This document shows positions 26,951 through 40,403 of a stretch of DNA of 64,000 nucleotides, one piece after another. The stretch spans positions 1-64,000 of the forward strand of contig NMRA01000042.1 in the NCBI GenBank assembly GCA_002633005.1, written 5' to 3'. This DNA is from Phoronis australis. Its lineage: Eukaryota; Animalia; Phoronida. Position 1 is the first letter of the stretch, and the number at the start of each line of letters is the position of its first letter. The notes below the pieces were generated by a model. The model did no database searches and was not told the origin of the DNA. It worked only from the letters and a program-made list of their open reading frames with translations. Both the position numbers and the translations under genes were made by a program.

Positions 26951-28570
26951 CTGACAGCATTAAGGCTTCAGTTTACAGTGATTCTCAGATAACAGGACAT
27001 TTTAGATTAAGAAAGATGCAAAAATATAGTTTTAACGTTTCATTGTTCTTCTTAATTTATTTCATCCTCAACATCAGACACAACATAAAATATCAGCGGC
27101 TCCATCTCAAGATGAGTAGGCCTACCGTCGATGATAGCTTTACTTGAGGAGTCACATCTTAAGTCTAGTGATGTCATGTACGTTAACTAAAATTGTATAT
27201 AATTCCAAATCGTCGAAGCTCATAAAATCACAGGTGACATCTGGAGAATTAACACACTGTTAGCAAGGAATGTACTAAATAATTCTACTCTATGCATGCG
27301 CGCGCACCCAGCCTTCAATATGGGCGGCTCGAATTCCTGACTGTGTGGACCTTTTGGTAACAAATATGCGGGCGGAATAAAAAAAAGAAAAAAAAAAACG
27401 GGAGTACCACAGGTGAATTGCGCGTTTGCACATGCGCATGTTTAATGGACTGATACCTCATTTTCTCGAACTTTTTGTCTCTCTGAGGTGGACCTAAACA
27501 ACACAGATCTAGGTTCTCCTGTCTGTATCTCACGGAAAATACTTCGAAATTATCTCCGAAGAGGCCCCAAACTCCTGCTAAGTACCTTATTGGCCTGGCT
27601 ACCGGGTGTGTCCAAATACCAATAAATCCGTAAGAGCGAAATAAAACAACACGTTTTCATAAGAACTATGTGTATTTTAAGGGTTTTACATCGAAGTTTG
27701 ATGATTTATTGGTGTTAAACGATGACTTCAAGCGAGAAGCTGACACCAGTAACCCGTGTTGTGAACTCAGTGCTGAACAGACTGCGTGCGAAACCGATGA
27801 CGTCATTAGATAATTTCAACACCTCAGTCTGCTATCAGGTGTCAGGTAACGCAACCGTACGTGTCGTTATGGAGTAGAACTACTCGATCTAAATTGATAC
27901 AAATTAGGTTGTTTTTTGGGTGGCATCCTTCTTAAAAAGCCATACGTCATCTGTCGCTGCATTCTAGCGTTTGGTCATATTGTTATTGCCCTGTTACAAT
28001 TTCATAAAACGTTCATTACCCTGTCACACCCAGGACTTGGACACTTGAAATACAACAACGTGTGTGTGTGTGAAAGTCTATTTGTCTGGCGCAATATTGG
28101 ATTTGGTGGTCAACTGTTGCGGAAAATCGTTACTAGGATTCTTCGGTCGAGTATCTCTCAGCCCACCAGTCACAGTCACAGACATTTTTATCAGACATTC
28201 GACGTAAAACAGCGGATAAAATNTGGGTAGCATCCTTCTTAAAAAGCCATACGTCATCTGTCGCTGCATTCTAGCGTTTGGTCATATTGTTATTGCCCTG
28301 TTACAATTTCATAAAACGTTCATTACCCTGTAACACCCAGGACTTGGACACTTGAAATACAACAACGTGTGTGTGTGAAAGTCTATTTGTCTGGCGCAAT
28401 ATTGGATTTGGTGGTCAACTGTTGCGGAAAATCGTTACTAGGATTCTTCGGTCGAGTATCTCTCAGCCCACCAGTCACAGTCACAGACATTTTTATCAGA
28501 CATTCGACGTAAAACAGCGGATGAAATTTAATGAAACAGGCATGGGTACCCATCGACATAGGGGCCGGGC

Positions 28571-29459
28571 CATAGCATAGGCAGTGACCATCGCCTCTGT
28601 TGGCCCGACCAGAGGCGATGCAGCTCCTATAGGCGCTCCATATATTTTCGGCGAATTATGCCTCGCATGTACTAAAACATCAAAGTCACGTTGTTATAAA
28701 TACCTTTTGCGCATAGAGGAACACCTTAGGAGGTTGTGGATCGTGTTTAATTCCTTCCAACTCGAACAAATACATTATCAAACTTTTTTTCGAGCAGTCC
28801 TTATTTCAATTCCCAAAATCGTGAACTCACCATTTTCACTCGTTGCACGCAAGAGATATGACCTCATTCTTTTTACCAGTCCGAAGGTGAGAAGTTGCAG
28901 TCCTACCGGGGGACTTAAAAAGTTGAAAATGTCAAATATGTGCACAAAGACTATTAAATGTCATATCAACAGCATTTATTTTTATCAAATACAAACAATA
29001 ATTCATTGAAATACAATCAGTTTCAAGAATGGCCAATTAAAGACAAGTAGTGGTGGCATTTATGGAAACGAACATTTGACTGACTAGACCGCAATGGCTC
29101 ATCTTTGGCCTATTTAAAGATTGAGGTCATGAAGTCACGTCACCTAGCGAATGCGATAAAAATTGAAGCGTGCGCAGTATAAAAATGGTGAGTTCATGAT
29201 TTTGGGAACTGAAATAGGGACTGCTCGAAGAAAAAGTTTGATAACGGGAGTATTTGTTCGAGTTGGAAGGAATTAAACACATCGACAACCTCCTAAGGTG
29301 TTCCTCGATGCTCAAAACGTATTTATAACAACGTGACTTTGATGTTTTAGTCGGTGCGAGGCATACTATGCCAAAAAGTTTCCGGCGTATGGAGCGCCCA
29401 TAGGAGCTGCATTGCCTCTGGTCGGGCCAATAGAGGCGATGGTCATTGCCTAGGGTATG
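28571..29459. mobile_element. Long inverted-repeat (foldback/MITE-like) element
   Basis: About 28571-28850 is the diverged reverse complement of about 29168-29459; the two opposite-strand ORFs share TKTSKSRCYKY..IEEHLRRL. Confidence 0.75.
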
Positions 29460-30338
29460 CATTGAGTTATTATTAACACATACTGTGAGTGACTTTGAAG
29501 ACTATTTAGTTTATATTTTGAACAAATCCATGGAAATCTGTGGAGGTTCACTCGAGCTTTCCTCTCCAGGAGCCATTTTGGGAAAGTTACACAAAATTAC
29601 ACCATTTCTCAAGCAAAAAGTCATAGCCACACAAATTCCTGCGTATGTCTTCACGTGTTACTTTAATTTGCAGTTGTCATCAACCAGGTCAGGTGTTCTG
29701 CTCAGTATTGGGCTTGTTATGGCCTAAATACATAACGTCAATTGTTTGTGTTGATCATGCTTGCTGAGAAAGTTAATGGCAACCAAAACAGAAATCGACG
29801 ATAGCCCCTCAAGACATCTGGAGGTTTTCAGCGAATTCCTCATGCTGATTAAAACATCAAGGACATGTTACTACTTGTGCATAGAGGGACACCGCAACGT
29901 GAACAAATTAATACTCCAGGAATCAAACGTTTTTTCTAACAATCCTTCGTTCACTTGCCGAAAACAGCAGCTGGCCATTTTTGCGCTGTTCTCATCGGGG
30001 CATATAACGTCATAAGGTTATTAAATTGTGTTACGCAATACTTGTTGTTTTTAATCACGTTTAATATTTGGATAGTCAAATCGGGATTACAAACCCTCCC
30101 CAAGTTTGAGCTCAACTGTTGCATTTAAAATTGAAACTATCTGGTATTGCTGTGAAATAAATGACGACTGGGACACTTACCTTTGCCAGCCATGTTGGAG
30201 ACTTGCGCAGCTGCTAGAATTCGTCTAGAATTTCATTGTCCTAAATTTTAGAAACTGTCTCAAGTTGGAGAATTTTTGTCATAGTAGTGCTTATTTCAGC
30301 TTTTAAATTTTAACATCATTTGGTTTTTGTTTTCAGAA

Positions 30339-30439
30339 ATGTCACATGAGTGCGAGGCTAACAAATCACATGCAGAGACAGAATTCACAAGAAAGGTCAG
30401 CAAAGGTCAACTGGAATTTTACTACTTAAAAGTCTGCAT
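30339..30439 (+). CDS. RPP14: Ribonuclease P/MRP subunit p14, coding exon 1
   Basis: TTTCAG acceptor then ATG; MSHECEA..EFYYLKVC(M) matches RPP14 EYHYMKVCL; donor GTAAGT, phase 2. Confidence 0.85.
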
Positions 30440-31341
30440 GTAAGTGAGAAGCTGTATAAAATCTCCTACACATGTCATTTTTGACACTTCATGGTGTTAA
30501 TGGTAAACATTGCCATTCCTGAGTAATAAACGTGTCAGAATAGTCCTTTTATGAGTTTATAACAATAACACGAGATTATGTGAGACTTAACTGTGACGTC
30601 ACCAGAAGGGGGGAAAGCTTATCGTTTGGCCATTTGCCCGATACGGTAGCTGAGTGTATTCTGTGGTTTACTTCGAGTTGATAATCTTTTAATGTGAAAA
30701 ATGCCAAACAAGCATTGCTGTTATGGCAAATGAAATTCAGATTTGCACTACAATGCGTTCCATCGCGTTCTGTACTTATTTTGTCCCGTGTATTTTAAAC
30801 GGGCGGAAGGCGAAATCCGCTCACTCATCCTCACTGATTAAGTTTTCACCTCGTCAAAAATTCATTCTACACCTAAAAAGGCGCTTACTTTTTTCAATGA
30901 TTATTTCTTCTTCTAAACATATCTTCGATGAAGCATAGCTATGGGAATTCAGGTGACTTTGGCAAAGAATTCCAACTCCATTTTTTGGTTACCGTTAAGT
31001 TTGACCACGCGCTAGATAACCACAAAGTATTTCAAGTGAGTCAGGTGAGTATGAGGCAAAGGCTAGCGCGAGACTGAGCGAAGGGCGTGACCTGGTGCGT
31101 GACACTTGCACAATAGCCTTCATAGTTGGAAAATATCAAGTGAAATCTGTAAGATTTGTGTCCCTTGGACCTTTTGTTCCTCAAAATGGTGCTCGGTGAG
31201 AGAAACTCGAGCGCACCGCGAGGTTTCCATGGATATGTTCAAGTTATTTTTAGACTAAATTGTATCCAGAGTCAGGGTATGTGCTAATTATAACTCCATG
31301 TGCACATATGCATGTTTCAATTGATTATTTTTGCTGTATTT

Positions 31342-32128
31342 GGAAATGAATAAGTTTTTATGAACTCTACACTTCAAGCTATCTTTTCATGCAACCTCAA
31401 CTGGCACAAATACAATATCAACAAGGAAAACAATATGAAAACCATCCTTGTGAACACATATTAAGCAACTAAAAGGTATACATCAACGCCGTCTGAAATT
31501 TTGAATAAACTAAGATTACAGAACAACTCTCTTGGCAACGGAAGTCAACAGGATGCCCATGAATTTTTACTATGGTTACTGAACCAATGGCACGTAGACA
31601 CACTTGCTCACAACGCTGATAATGTAACGTCTGAGGTTACTAGTACCTTCCAACACGTAAAGAAGCAAACTAGGAGTTGTAATAACTGCTCAACAACAAA
31701 GGAAAAAACACAGATAGACTGGGAGTTGACCGTCTACCTCCCAACGCTAAGGAAAGAAATAACTATGCAGGAGTTGTGGCACAGCTTGTGGACGTCGTTG
31801 GACATCGAGGACTTTAGTTGCCCACACTGTAATAGTCTCGGTGGCCAGCTCACATGGTCATTAGTAAAACCCGCCAAAATACCTTTGTATTCATATCGTA
31901 CGAACCGCGACTAATGGTGAAAAAATCAACACAAAGATTTCCTCGTATGACCTCTCCGGCTACAAAATAAAAGCAGTCATTGAACACCATGGAAGAAACA
32001 CGACGGGTGGTCATTACACATGCTGTGTTAAATCGTCAGCATGGGAATGGATAAATTTTGACGACTCTACAGTCACAAGTACATGCAAGCCTCCCCTGGA
32101 TGCCTACATTGCAATATATGAATTATAA
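31342..32128 (+). pseudogene. Decayed intronless ubiquitin-specific protease (USP/peptidase C19) in RPP14 intron 1
   Basis: Cys-box remnant FMNSTLQAIF, QQDAHEFLLWLL, two CxxC, KYLCIHIVR, His-box AVIEHHGRNTTGGHY..WINFDDSTV..AYIAIYE. In-frame TAA near 31462, frameshift near 31875, catalytic Cys codon disrupted. Confidence 0.85.
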
Positions 32129-33271
32129 ACCAACAAGGGAAATCAACATAAAAATATGGCGCAATTTCAACATCAACGTCGCATATCACATCTGATGCAG
32201 CCAAGTCAAGTTATTTTTGAAATTCATCCTGGTACGGGAATTGGGGATAGTTAGGCCTATAAAAGATCTTTAACCCAGCCGCAGAGCGTCTAAAGCCGCG
32301 CACAGTACCAGTGACTGCTGGCAACTCATCGGAGACTCAACTTTAACATCCTTCGCCGCAGAGATAACAACTCTTGGGCTGTCTCCGGTGAGTCCATTCT
32401 TTGTTGAATGATGTTTAGGTAAATTCGCCCCTGTATGCCTGCGGCATTCTGGCCTAGACAGGATCGAGTTCCAATTTCAGTCCATTCACAGCTTCGCACA
32501 GCATAACATGTTTACATTTTCTTTGTCCATTCACAGTTATTCCACGATCCATCGACCATCCCTTAATCATGTTAATGTTTTAATTGTAAAATTCTCCATA
32601 AGAATTCGGTAAGATTTTGCATGTGTAGCAAAGACTCTGGGCAAAACAAGAACAATATGGCAGGTTTTGCCCTCCTTCCGGTGACATCACCTTGACTAAC
32701 TGGAAACTTGCAAGTGAGCTATTATTGAGTGAAGACTGAATGATTTCAGTTAAAGTAAGGGTATGTTTCCTAATCAAAGCGATTTTTGTAGATACTGTTC
32801 TATTCATTTCATCTGTATTAAAAGTATAGTCAGGGTGAGGCATTTAACGTCTGCATTTAAGGTCTAGTATCATTTCTGTGGTTTGTGGTTTTTTACTTTA
32901 AAATTGAGTTAGAATTACATGTATTTGATGTAAATCTGTCAGCAGCAATACATTTTCTGATAGATTGGGCTACTGTTTCAACTCCTTTTGGTTTACTTAT
33001 ATTTCAATGAGAAATTTCTCATCTGTCCTTGTGGAATGACAAATTTGACAAAATTTTATGCAAAGATGTGGTAGGTATGAACCAGCAGCTGTTGATTTTC
33101 ATACAAATTTGATGACAGTCGCAAACCTTGTTGGCTTCTTTAAAGTTTTCCATAAGGAAATCTTTTTCCATTCGTAAATGACAGCTGAAACGGTATAATG
33201 TTCAGCCCTCAGCAGTCAAAAAATTATGAAGACTTGGACAAAATCCCATCTTGCAATTACAAAATTGAGCT

Positions 33272-33280
33272 CACACACGT

Positions 33281-33322
<42 letters not shown>
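33272..33322. repeat. (CA)n microsatellite
   Basis: Visible CA run. Confidence 0.9.
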
Positions 33323-33323
<1 letters not shown>

Positions 33324-33657
33324 CACAGGTCTCACAACTTTGGCTTCAAAAAACATTTCAGAGGAAGTGGCATAGTTGACCTGAGTTCAGAATGCCCATG
33401 TCACTGAAATTTCAGCTTGCATTTCGAAATTTTAGGTGGCAAATGTGACCTAGAGCTCGTTATGTTGAGCCCTGGCATTAGAGAACTTGTAAAATTGTGG
33501 TAATTGAATATCTGTGTACTTTTAACTATGTGACACTTGATATTGTTTCTGTTATTTGTACCAAGAGGACTGTCTAATGCGTAAGGCATGCCGTGTTTGG
33601 ATTTTTACCCTCAAGAACCCTCATGCTTTAATTCACTTGTCCATGTCTTTCCCACAG

Positions 33658-33742
33658 GGAATTTGAGGACAGTTCCCCGGATATCTCATCTGCTGGATTC
33701 AAGTATGCTGTTGTGACTGCCATGAAGTCCCTGTTTGGTGAT
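33658..33742 (+). CDS. RPP14: RPP14 coding exon 2
   Basis: CCACAG acceptor; EFEDSSPDISSAGFKYAVVTAMKSLFGD; GTGAGT donor. Confidence 0.9.
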
Positions 33743-34789
33743 GTGAGTTTGCCTTGCTGATTCATACTTTTGTATTTCTTTTGCGTTTTCCTCAAGGTTG
33801 TGTCTGTAGATTATTAAACTCAGTAAAAGTATGTTATGTTTTCTGAAACTATTAAACCTGAAGAAGTTGATTTTTGACTTTTTAACAATCTTTCATTTAA
33901 TTGGATCATGTGACCATGTCTTAATTATAATTTTTATCTGAAGAGAAAGGTACATTGTTTGCAAACCAAAATTTATATTTGATGTAAATTGTCAAGATGA
34001 GATCTTAAAAAACAGTTATACGCAATATCCTTTTGTTTTTGTCTTATGCAACTTTCGTTTTTTCATGACAATCATGCAAATCACATTTTTAATAGCCCCT
34101 CATGTGAAGTAGAACATTTTGAAAACAATTCCTAACAGAAAGTTTGATGTGCAGTGTGAACTGATGGGGCTACCCTCATTGTAAATATTACATTAATAAA
34201 TAAATGAGTGAATCAAGCTTGCCTTTTCGGAGTTATGATGTTACAGAGTTAGCCAAATTTGGACATTTCTCTAGGGTTCTACGTAACTTTCTCATTTAAA
34301 GTTATATGAAATGTTGTCTAGGTAACACAAATATTACCACTGGACACCCCATGTTCTAGTCTGATGTACTGTCACCTTACTAACTGGTCATTTACAGGGA
34401 GGTGTTACAAGGAATAGAATCATAGAGTGACTGAACTTGAAATTTCCCTGCCTTTACTGTGGCGGCACCTAACCTGTCCCGTGATGACCAGCTAAATGTA
34501 ATAAATGACCAGATCAAAACTTATGCCAAAAATGTACCGTGCAATCAAATTTCATGGCCACACCAAAAGAATTAGTGGGTGGATATCATATCTGCTTAAT
34601 CAGACCGATTTTCATTTAGGAAGCATTTGTAGTCTTCTGTGCTGTGTGTACAGCAGGCCTCTTGTGGTATGAGCCTGTGACATCTCAGTTTCATGTCTCC
34701 TTTCGTAGAGAGTTGTGCTTTTCAGTCGGACTGGGCACTGTCATTGATGCGTGTACGCCATATTGGGCCGTCAAACGTTTATTTTGCAG

Positions 34790-34866
34790 ACTGGTGCCAG
34801 CATACCCATAGATGTTCTGCGGTACAGGCAGGAAACATGTGAGGCTCTGCTGAAGGTCCCGTCAAG
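34790..34866 (+). CDS. RPP14: RPP14 coding exon 3
   Basis: TTGCAG acceptor; TGASIPIDVLRYRQETCEALLKVPS; GTTGGT donor, phase 2. Confidence 0.9.
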
Positions 34867-35169
34867 GTTGGTTAACAATTCTTCAAAGACACACATACAT
34901 TGCAAACATATTTATACTTAATCATATAAAGTCAAGCTGTTGAGAAAGCCCTGTTCATTTTGAGGTCCACTTAGTGAGGCTGTGATTTCTATTATACTTC
35001 ATTTAAAGCATAGTGGTCAGTCTGATTATCATGCAAAAATGTCAACTGTATCTCGGTTTGGTGAGAACCCCGTATTTCCCACAATGCATCTTTAAACTAC
35101 GAGACGTGTTACATTTGCACAACATGGTTTTGAAATTACTGTCAATTTATGCTGGTTTTTGATTTTTAG

Positions 35170-35248
35170 TGGCTTTGTCAAGTTATGGAGTGCCTTGACC
35201 CTGTTTGGCCAGTACAGTGGACACCGGTGCGCTTTCCGCGTCACTCAG
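35170..35248 (+). CDS. RPP14: RPP14 coding exon 4
   Basis: GFVKLWSALTLFGQYSGHRCAFRVTQ matches RPP14 GLVKLWSSLTLLGSYKGKKCAFRVIQ; AG/GTGAGT boundaries. Confidence 0.93.
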
Positions 35249-35599
35249 GTGAGTGGTTAAATATGGATGCCATGTCATATTAATAATTCAAGATTGTTCA
35301 GGTGGAAATTCTGAGTGTCTAATATCTCCCATGGGGACGCAATGAAGGAAGTATTTCTCTAACCTAGGGGCCTAGTTACACTCTAGCTTTTGGGGTGTTT
35401 GGTCATAATAGGGCTCTGTTACTTGCTCTGAAAATGTCCCTGTTTAGTGTTGTTATGCTGCGTACCTGAGTGGCAAGTAGACTTTGCACTAATCAGGTGT
35501 CATTGTTCGAGTGATCTTGATTGGTCACCAAATATTTGCGAAAGCTCATTGGTTTTGTCTTCTTTCCTAGAGATGTCTGTTATTTCTTTGCTTCTGCAG

Positions 35600-35659
35600 G
35601 TGTCTCCCCATCTGATATCGATGGCAGCTAACAGTCGCCAGTATTTTGCTCAGGTTTGA
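35600..35659 (+). CDS. RPP14: RPP14 coding exon 5 (joined protein 133 aa)
   Basis: CTGCAG acceptor; VSPHLISMAANSRQYFAQV then TGA; AATAAA at 35924. Confidence 0.9.
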   Translation: MSPHLISMAANSRQYFAQV

Positions 35660-36398
35660 ATCCATCAGTAAATATGCAGTTGAACAACCAGAGGTTGAGG
35701 AAATCCGCTGGTTTCCCCAGACTGTATGGTTAGGTACACAGCTGGGAGTACTGCAATGCATTTGCAAGTCTTCAAGGTGATCTACTTGTTATGGTGGATT
35801 TCTTCATGTAAGCATCGCCACGGAACTGAACCAACATTGAGCATAATGTGTAACAACAGTGACACCTGTGAGCACTTCTCTTGACTACTCATCGAGACAG
35901 TGAGTTTCAAAAGACATGGAACAAATAAAGTTGAACGTTACATGCCTAAGAAAGTTTACAGGATTGAGATCCTGTTGTCTCCATGTCTGGATGATGCTTA
36001 AAGCTTTTTGGTGATTTCGCCTAAAACTGGTTCTTTTTCTTACCATTGGTACATTTCCAAGGAAATAAGATAGTTATATGGACTTCTTGCTAAAACGTGT
36101 ACTGTCCTGGATTTGTTTTTATTGTAAACAAGTACCAACGTTTTGTTTTTGAAGCATCTAAATTAATCAAAAGATAGTAATTAAAATAGCAAAGTTACAT
36201 CATGAATTGGCTACTAGTGTAATTCATGTGGCCTGGGCGGAATTGTATAGAGGACAACTTTACGTAACCTGTCTGGTCTTGTGAATTTCAATATTTCATC
36301 TAATGGCTATCATTTTAAAGTTGCCAGACCCGCCTTTTGGTGAATAGGACCGTTAAAATTCGAATTTTAAAACACAATTTTTATTGTGTGTGTTTCCA

Positions 36399-36554
36399 CA
36401 GTGGCGGATACAGGATTTCTTAAAAGGAGGGTCAGATCAAGGACTTTTTAAAACCGGGGTGTCCAAGTCAGCACTAGACTAGTCAGTCTAGATTTGATAT
36501 CACTAAATTCAAGGGAGAAAAGGGGTTCCGGACCCCCCTTGGATCCACCTAGTG
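36399..36554. mobile_element. MITE-like element (CAGTGGCGGAT...GGATCCACC..TG)
   Basis: Imperfect inverted ends; a related right end TAGATCCGCCCCTG occurs near 3461-3474. Confidence 0.5.
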
Positions 36555-38083
36555 TGTTACAGTGTTGAATCGTGATTCTTGTTCTGCCACAGCTGTTCAG
36601 AACTGCAAATCTAGTCTGTATACAGGCACAAACACATGCTTACATACAATGGCAGTTGTTGTTGTGTAAGTAGATGTTTTGTGTCAAATTAGGCGAAGTG
36701 GCTGAGGGAATGAAATAGCATGCGAGGGTGTGAAATAGCTTTCTCAGCAAGGAAGAATGTGTGCCAACAGGGCTGGTTTGTACAGGAGCAAAGAAAAATG
36801 GTGTGACACCCAAAATGTGGTGCTAGAGGAGGTAATATTTGTTTGTAAGAAGGGAACCCCATGTGTTGGTGAATAATTTTGGGGCAAGGGTAAGGAAGTC
36901 TAGGCATCTTACATAGCAGGCCAAAGCAGGGTGAGGTTTGAAGGACTTGGGGTCTAATCTGCTTAATTGAAACTTGACTTGAATATTCAATTGACCAGTT
37001 AAATGTACAATTTGAGCAAACTTACAAATTTGAGCTCTAATCATCACCATGGGTGGTTAAATTCCGAGTCTTAATTGTTTGTTGAGTTTAGAGATCAGAT
37101 ACTAGACTCTGGCTCTCTATTGATTGTTGAAAATACTGAAACACTGAGTTTTTTGTTTCACTCAGGTTTTTGGTTAAAACTAAATGTTGAGACTGCCAAG
37201 CATAACTGCATAAACTTGGGTGCAGGTAATACAACTGTGGCCAGTTCATTGCTGAAAAAATGATGTGCTTGGCTGTGGTGTTCTCTTAACAATTGTGATT
37301 ACAGCTATATGTTTGTTAGTACTGCATTCTAACTGGGATATTTATATCAATATCAGTTTACCATTGGCCATGCCTTGACAGACATTACAATCTAAAGGAT
37401 TTGTTAACAGCTGCAGTGTTTGGAAACCACTTGAAATTAGGGGTTGATTAGTTGAGAAGTGCAAGGGGTATTTGAGGACTAGTGCTTGTGCAAGTAGAGA
37501 AATTTAATGTGAAGGTTTGCAGGTACCCTAACTTTTACATAGTTTTGGTTGATCATAATTTGCCATCAAAATTTGATATTAACCATTGTAATATTTTTTC
37601 ATGCTCGGGTTTTGTCATAAACCGCGGTAATTTCTAACAACTGAGCAACAGTGATGCAATGAATGTTGAGCATTTGGCTCCAGCCTAAAATCATATAAAT
37701 AAAACAAATAAAGGAAACAAAATGGGGATGCTGTTTTAGCTGCTCCTGTTGACATCTCAATTTTCAATCTGAGTTCTCTCATTCAACCTGACGTAGCCAT
37801 TTCATGAGCTGTCCGCTGGTGTATAGGTGACATTTGATGGATGCTTGAAACGGCAGTTATTCCTGTCAATTATTGAATGACGTCTCGATTTTCTTAAATT
37901 TTATATCATTTCAGTGAATTACTGTGGGAAACGAACAACTGGCTCTTGTTAATGGGGGCTCTTGTTAATGAGGCACAGACCGTGCAGTTTCATCTGCAAA
38001 GTACTACTATGTGATTTGAATCAGTTCATTTGATTCACACTATTTGTTACTCCTCCGTTCGCATAATACAGCTACCTTTGAAG

Positions 38084-38245
38084 TTACACTCCTGCTTTTC
38101 TTCTTATCCACTTCCTGACGAGGCTAACGCGCGTGAACACGTTGGGTTGACCAGGAGTTGTGCAGTCGGCACTGCCCCATGACGTCACGCCTACCAGGTG
38201 GTATTTGCCTGACGCCTCGCACATTAGGGGTCCGCCGCTATCCCC
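38084..38245 (-). CDS. S1A serine protease A (defensin/clip-like N-terminus), last exon with catalytic Ser
   Basis: [53 protein letters not shown] then stop; TTACAG acceptor; 162 bp. Confidence 0.93.
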   Translation of the reverse strand, partial: GDSGGPLMCEASGKYHLVGVTSWGSADCTTPGQPNVFTRVSLVRKWIRRKAGV

Positions 38246-39568
38246 CTGTAAAGGCAGATGCTACGTTTTCAAGGGTAATAATTATTGTATTTTACTAACA
38301 CAAACCCTTAATTCAACTTCTGCGGGTCCACTTTTCAATCCGTCGTATGTCCATCTCCCCACTCTTAAGATGAACTTCGATTAGGTGATTATTTCCAAAC
38401 TTTCACATTTTGCATCTTTATGTCTGCATTTCAGCTTATTTGCTTAAATATTTGTTATGGTGAATGTTCAATAGCCTTTCACATCCTTAACCTCGAGCTA
38501 ATTTATTATGCTTTGTTCTCTGATGCTGAAAATGGATATCTTGTGATGTTAGGCAATGCATTTTTGTGAGAGTAGCCTTGGACATGGAAAAAAACTCAAA
38601 TACAACATAATTATTGCTCGTGAAGATATTTGTTCTGTTTCATTACCATGATTTGCAAAATTTGATCTTACTTTCCCATTTCGCAACTGTTGAAAAAGGG
38701 TTTAGCGAAGTATGTGCACAATTATCAGCAAACTACAGTTTAGAAATAATTGATAAATTGCTTAAGTAACCAAAAGTTATATGTGTTTATTCCCAGAGGC
38801 TTTGGACTTCTGCTCAAGTGAGACTTAATACTTTTTCAGAAATAGTTAGGTGGAGCTAGAACCAAATTTCTGCCTTGAATCTTAAGTCACTGTTCTGAAA
38901 CAGAGCCCAGAATTTGACTGGTCTTACTTCCTCAGCTCGCAGTTCCATACATGTATGTCAGCCTAAGACATGTCGTCGCCGTTGAGCTGTCAATGTTGAA
39001 TTCATAACCAAACTAGTGGGATTTGGTAACCTTATCACGCGAATCTGATCTTACATTGTGCCCAAATGAGCTGGGAACACGATGGCGCATTACACATGCA
39101 ATAAGATATGCACATGCACCAATTTCGAATTTGCAAGTTTAGGGCGGGCCTGCCAATTCCAATGAACTCTGAATTGTTTTTTGAGTCGAGTCATGAGGCT
39201 AAAAGGGAACTTATTCTGAATAAATTTTGCGTAGTTCTCTATGAGTTGTTGATTAATTTCACAAATAATTCAACATCAAAAAGTTAACTTATATTCTCTT
39301 ACGAAGCTCAAGAAATCACCCGCTTGGAGCGCTTCTTCTCGTGACGTAGTTGGTGGGGGTAAATTCAGTGTCATATTTTTGCGTACAGTCAAGAGGCGTT
39401 CTTCAAATTGTCGGAATACGAAATTTTAGTGTGAAATGTCTGGTCATCAGGGATACCTGTTTGAGCCGATGCAACATAAAATGATACCCAGTCGTCGTCA
39501 TCGTCAGACGAAAATTAGCCGGTGCAACCAGTCCGTATCAACAATTTACACTGGTGTGACTGTGGGCA

Positions 39569-40150
39569 GTGTGGACTCCAAACACCCAGCCAGCAGCCAG
39601 CTTAAACTGGTTAAAAATAATCACCGAGAAACCAAAACTGTACTTATGTAGATCGGTTAAGAATGACTATTGTGTAGAAGAGTATTTACGTCTGCCGGTG
39701 TCTCAGAGGTCCGCCATAGCTCGATTGAGAGCAGGTATTCTACCATTACAGGTTGAGGTGGGGCGGTACTTCGGAATTCCTGTGAATGAGCGAATTTGTC
39801 GTGTTTGTAAAAACGGAATTGAAGATGAAGTTCATTTCATTTTTAACTGTGAAAAATATATTCACATTCGACCATACTTTATACGGGATTCTGCCCTACC
39901 TCAAATATTCCAAAATAACTTGAAAGGTCTAGCGAAATTCATTCAAGAAGCTTTGCAGGTTAGAAGTAATTGTTTGTTTGTAAACTAGTCTGAAGTGGTT
40001 ATATTTGAGCTTGTGCAATATCTTATCTAATGATTTAATTATTATTGGGTGACTGAGTAAGCCCATTGAGGCTAGGGGTTGTGGTGAATATTCTGTCTTT
40101 GATATTGTATTTACTGGCACCTTTATGTCACTATAATAAATAAATATAAT
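39569..40150 (+). mobile_element. 3' end of a non-LTR retrotransposon ORF2 plus tail (intronic, antisense to protease A)
   Basis: RSAIARLRAGILPLQVEVGRY..ERICRVC..EDEVHFIFNCEKY C-terminal CCHC motif; AATAAATAAA tail near 40135. Confidence 0.8.
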
Positions 40151-40403
40151 AATATACTCAGTTTTGTGAACTTGAAGGGTTGGATAGTTACCGACTATAG
40201 CTGTATGAAGACTATCGTACCACTGTGTGTTGAGCTTTGTTAGATCCCAAAATTTCACACAGCCCGTTGACTACCCAGGTATAGTTAACGTTAGCCTTGG
40301 TACAAAGCTGTATACGTAAATATACAGCTTTGCACCTGTGTGGGTAAAAAAGTGGTAAGATAAAATCTGACACAAAATTGGTGTCATTAAAAACTGCAAT
40401 GTT

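Noticed and set aside
27915-28525. About 305-bp tandem duplication
   Set aside because: The junction coincides with the N at 28223; probable assembly artefact.
28584-29462. Pair of similar ORFs on opposite strands
   Set aside because: A by-product of the inverted repeat, with no recognisable protein motif.
35660-38000. Possible bicistronic HTD2 ORF downstream of RPP14, as in vertebrates
   Set aside because: No MaoC-like ORF or GD.NPLH motif seen, and an AATAAA at 35924 suggests a short 3' UTR.
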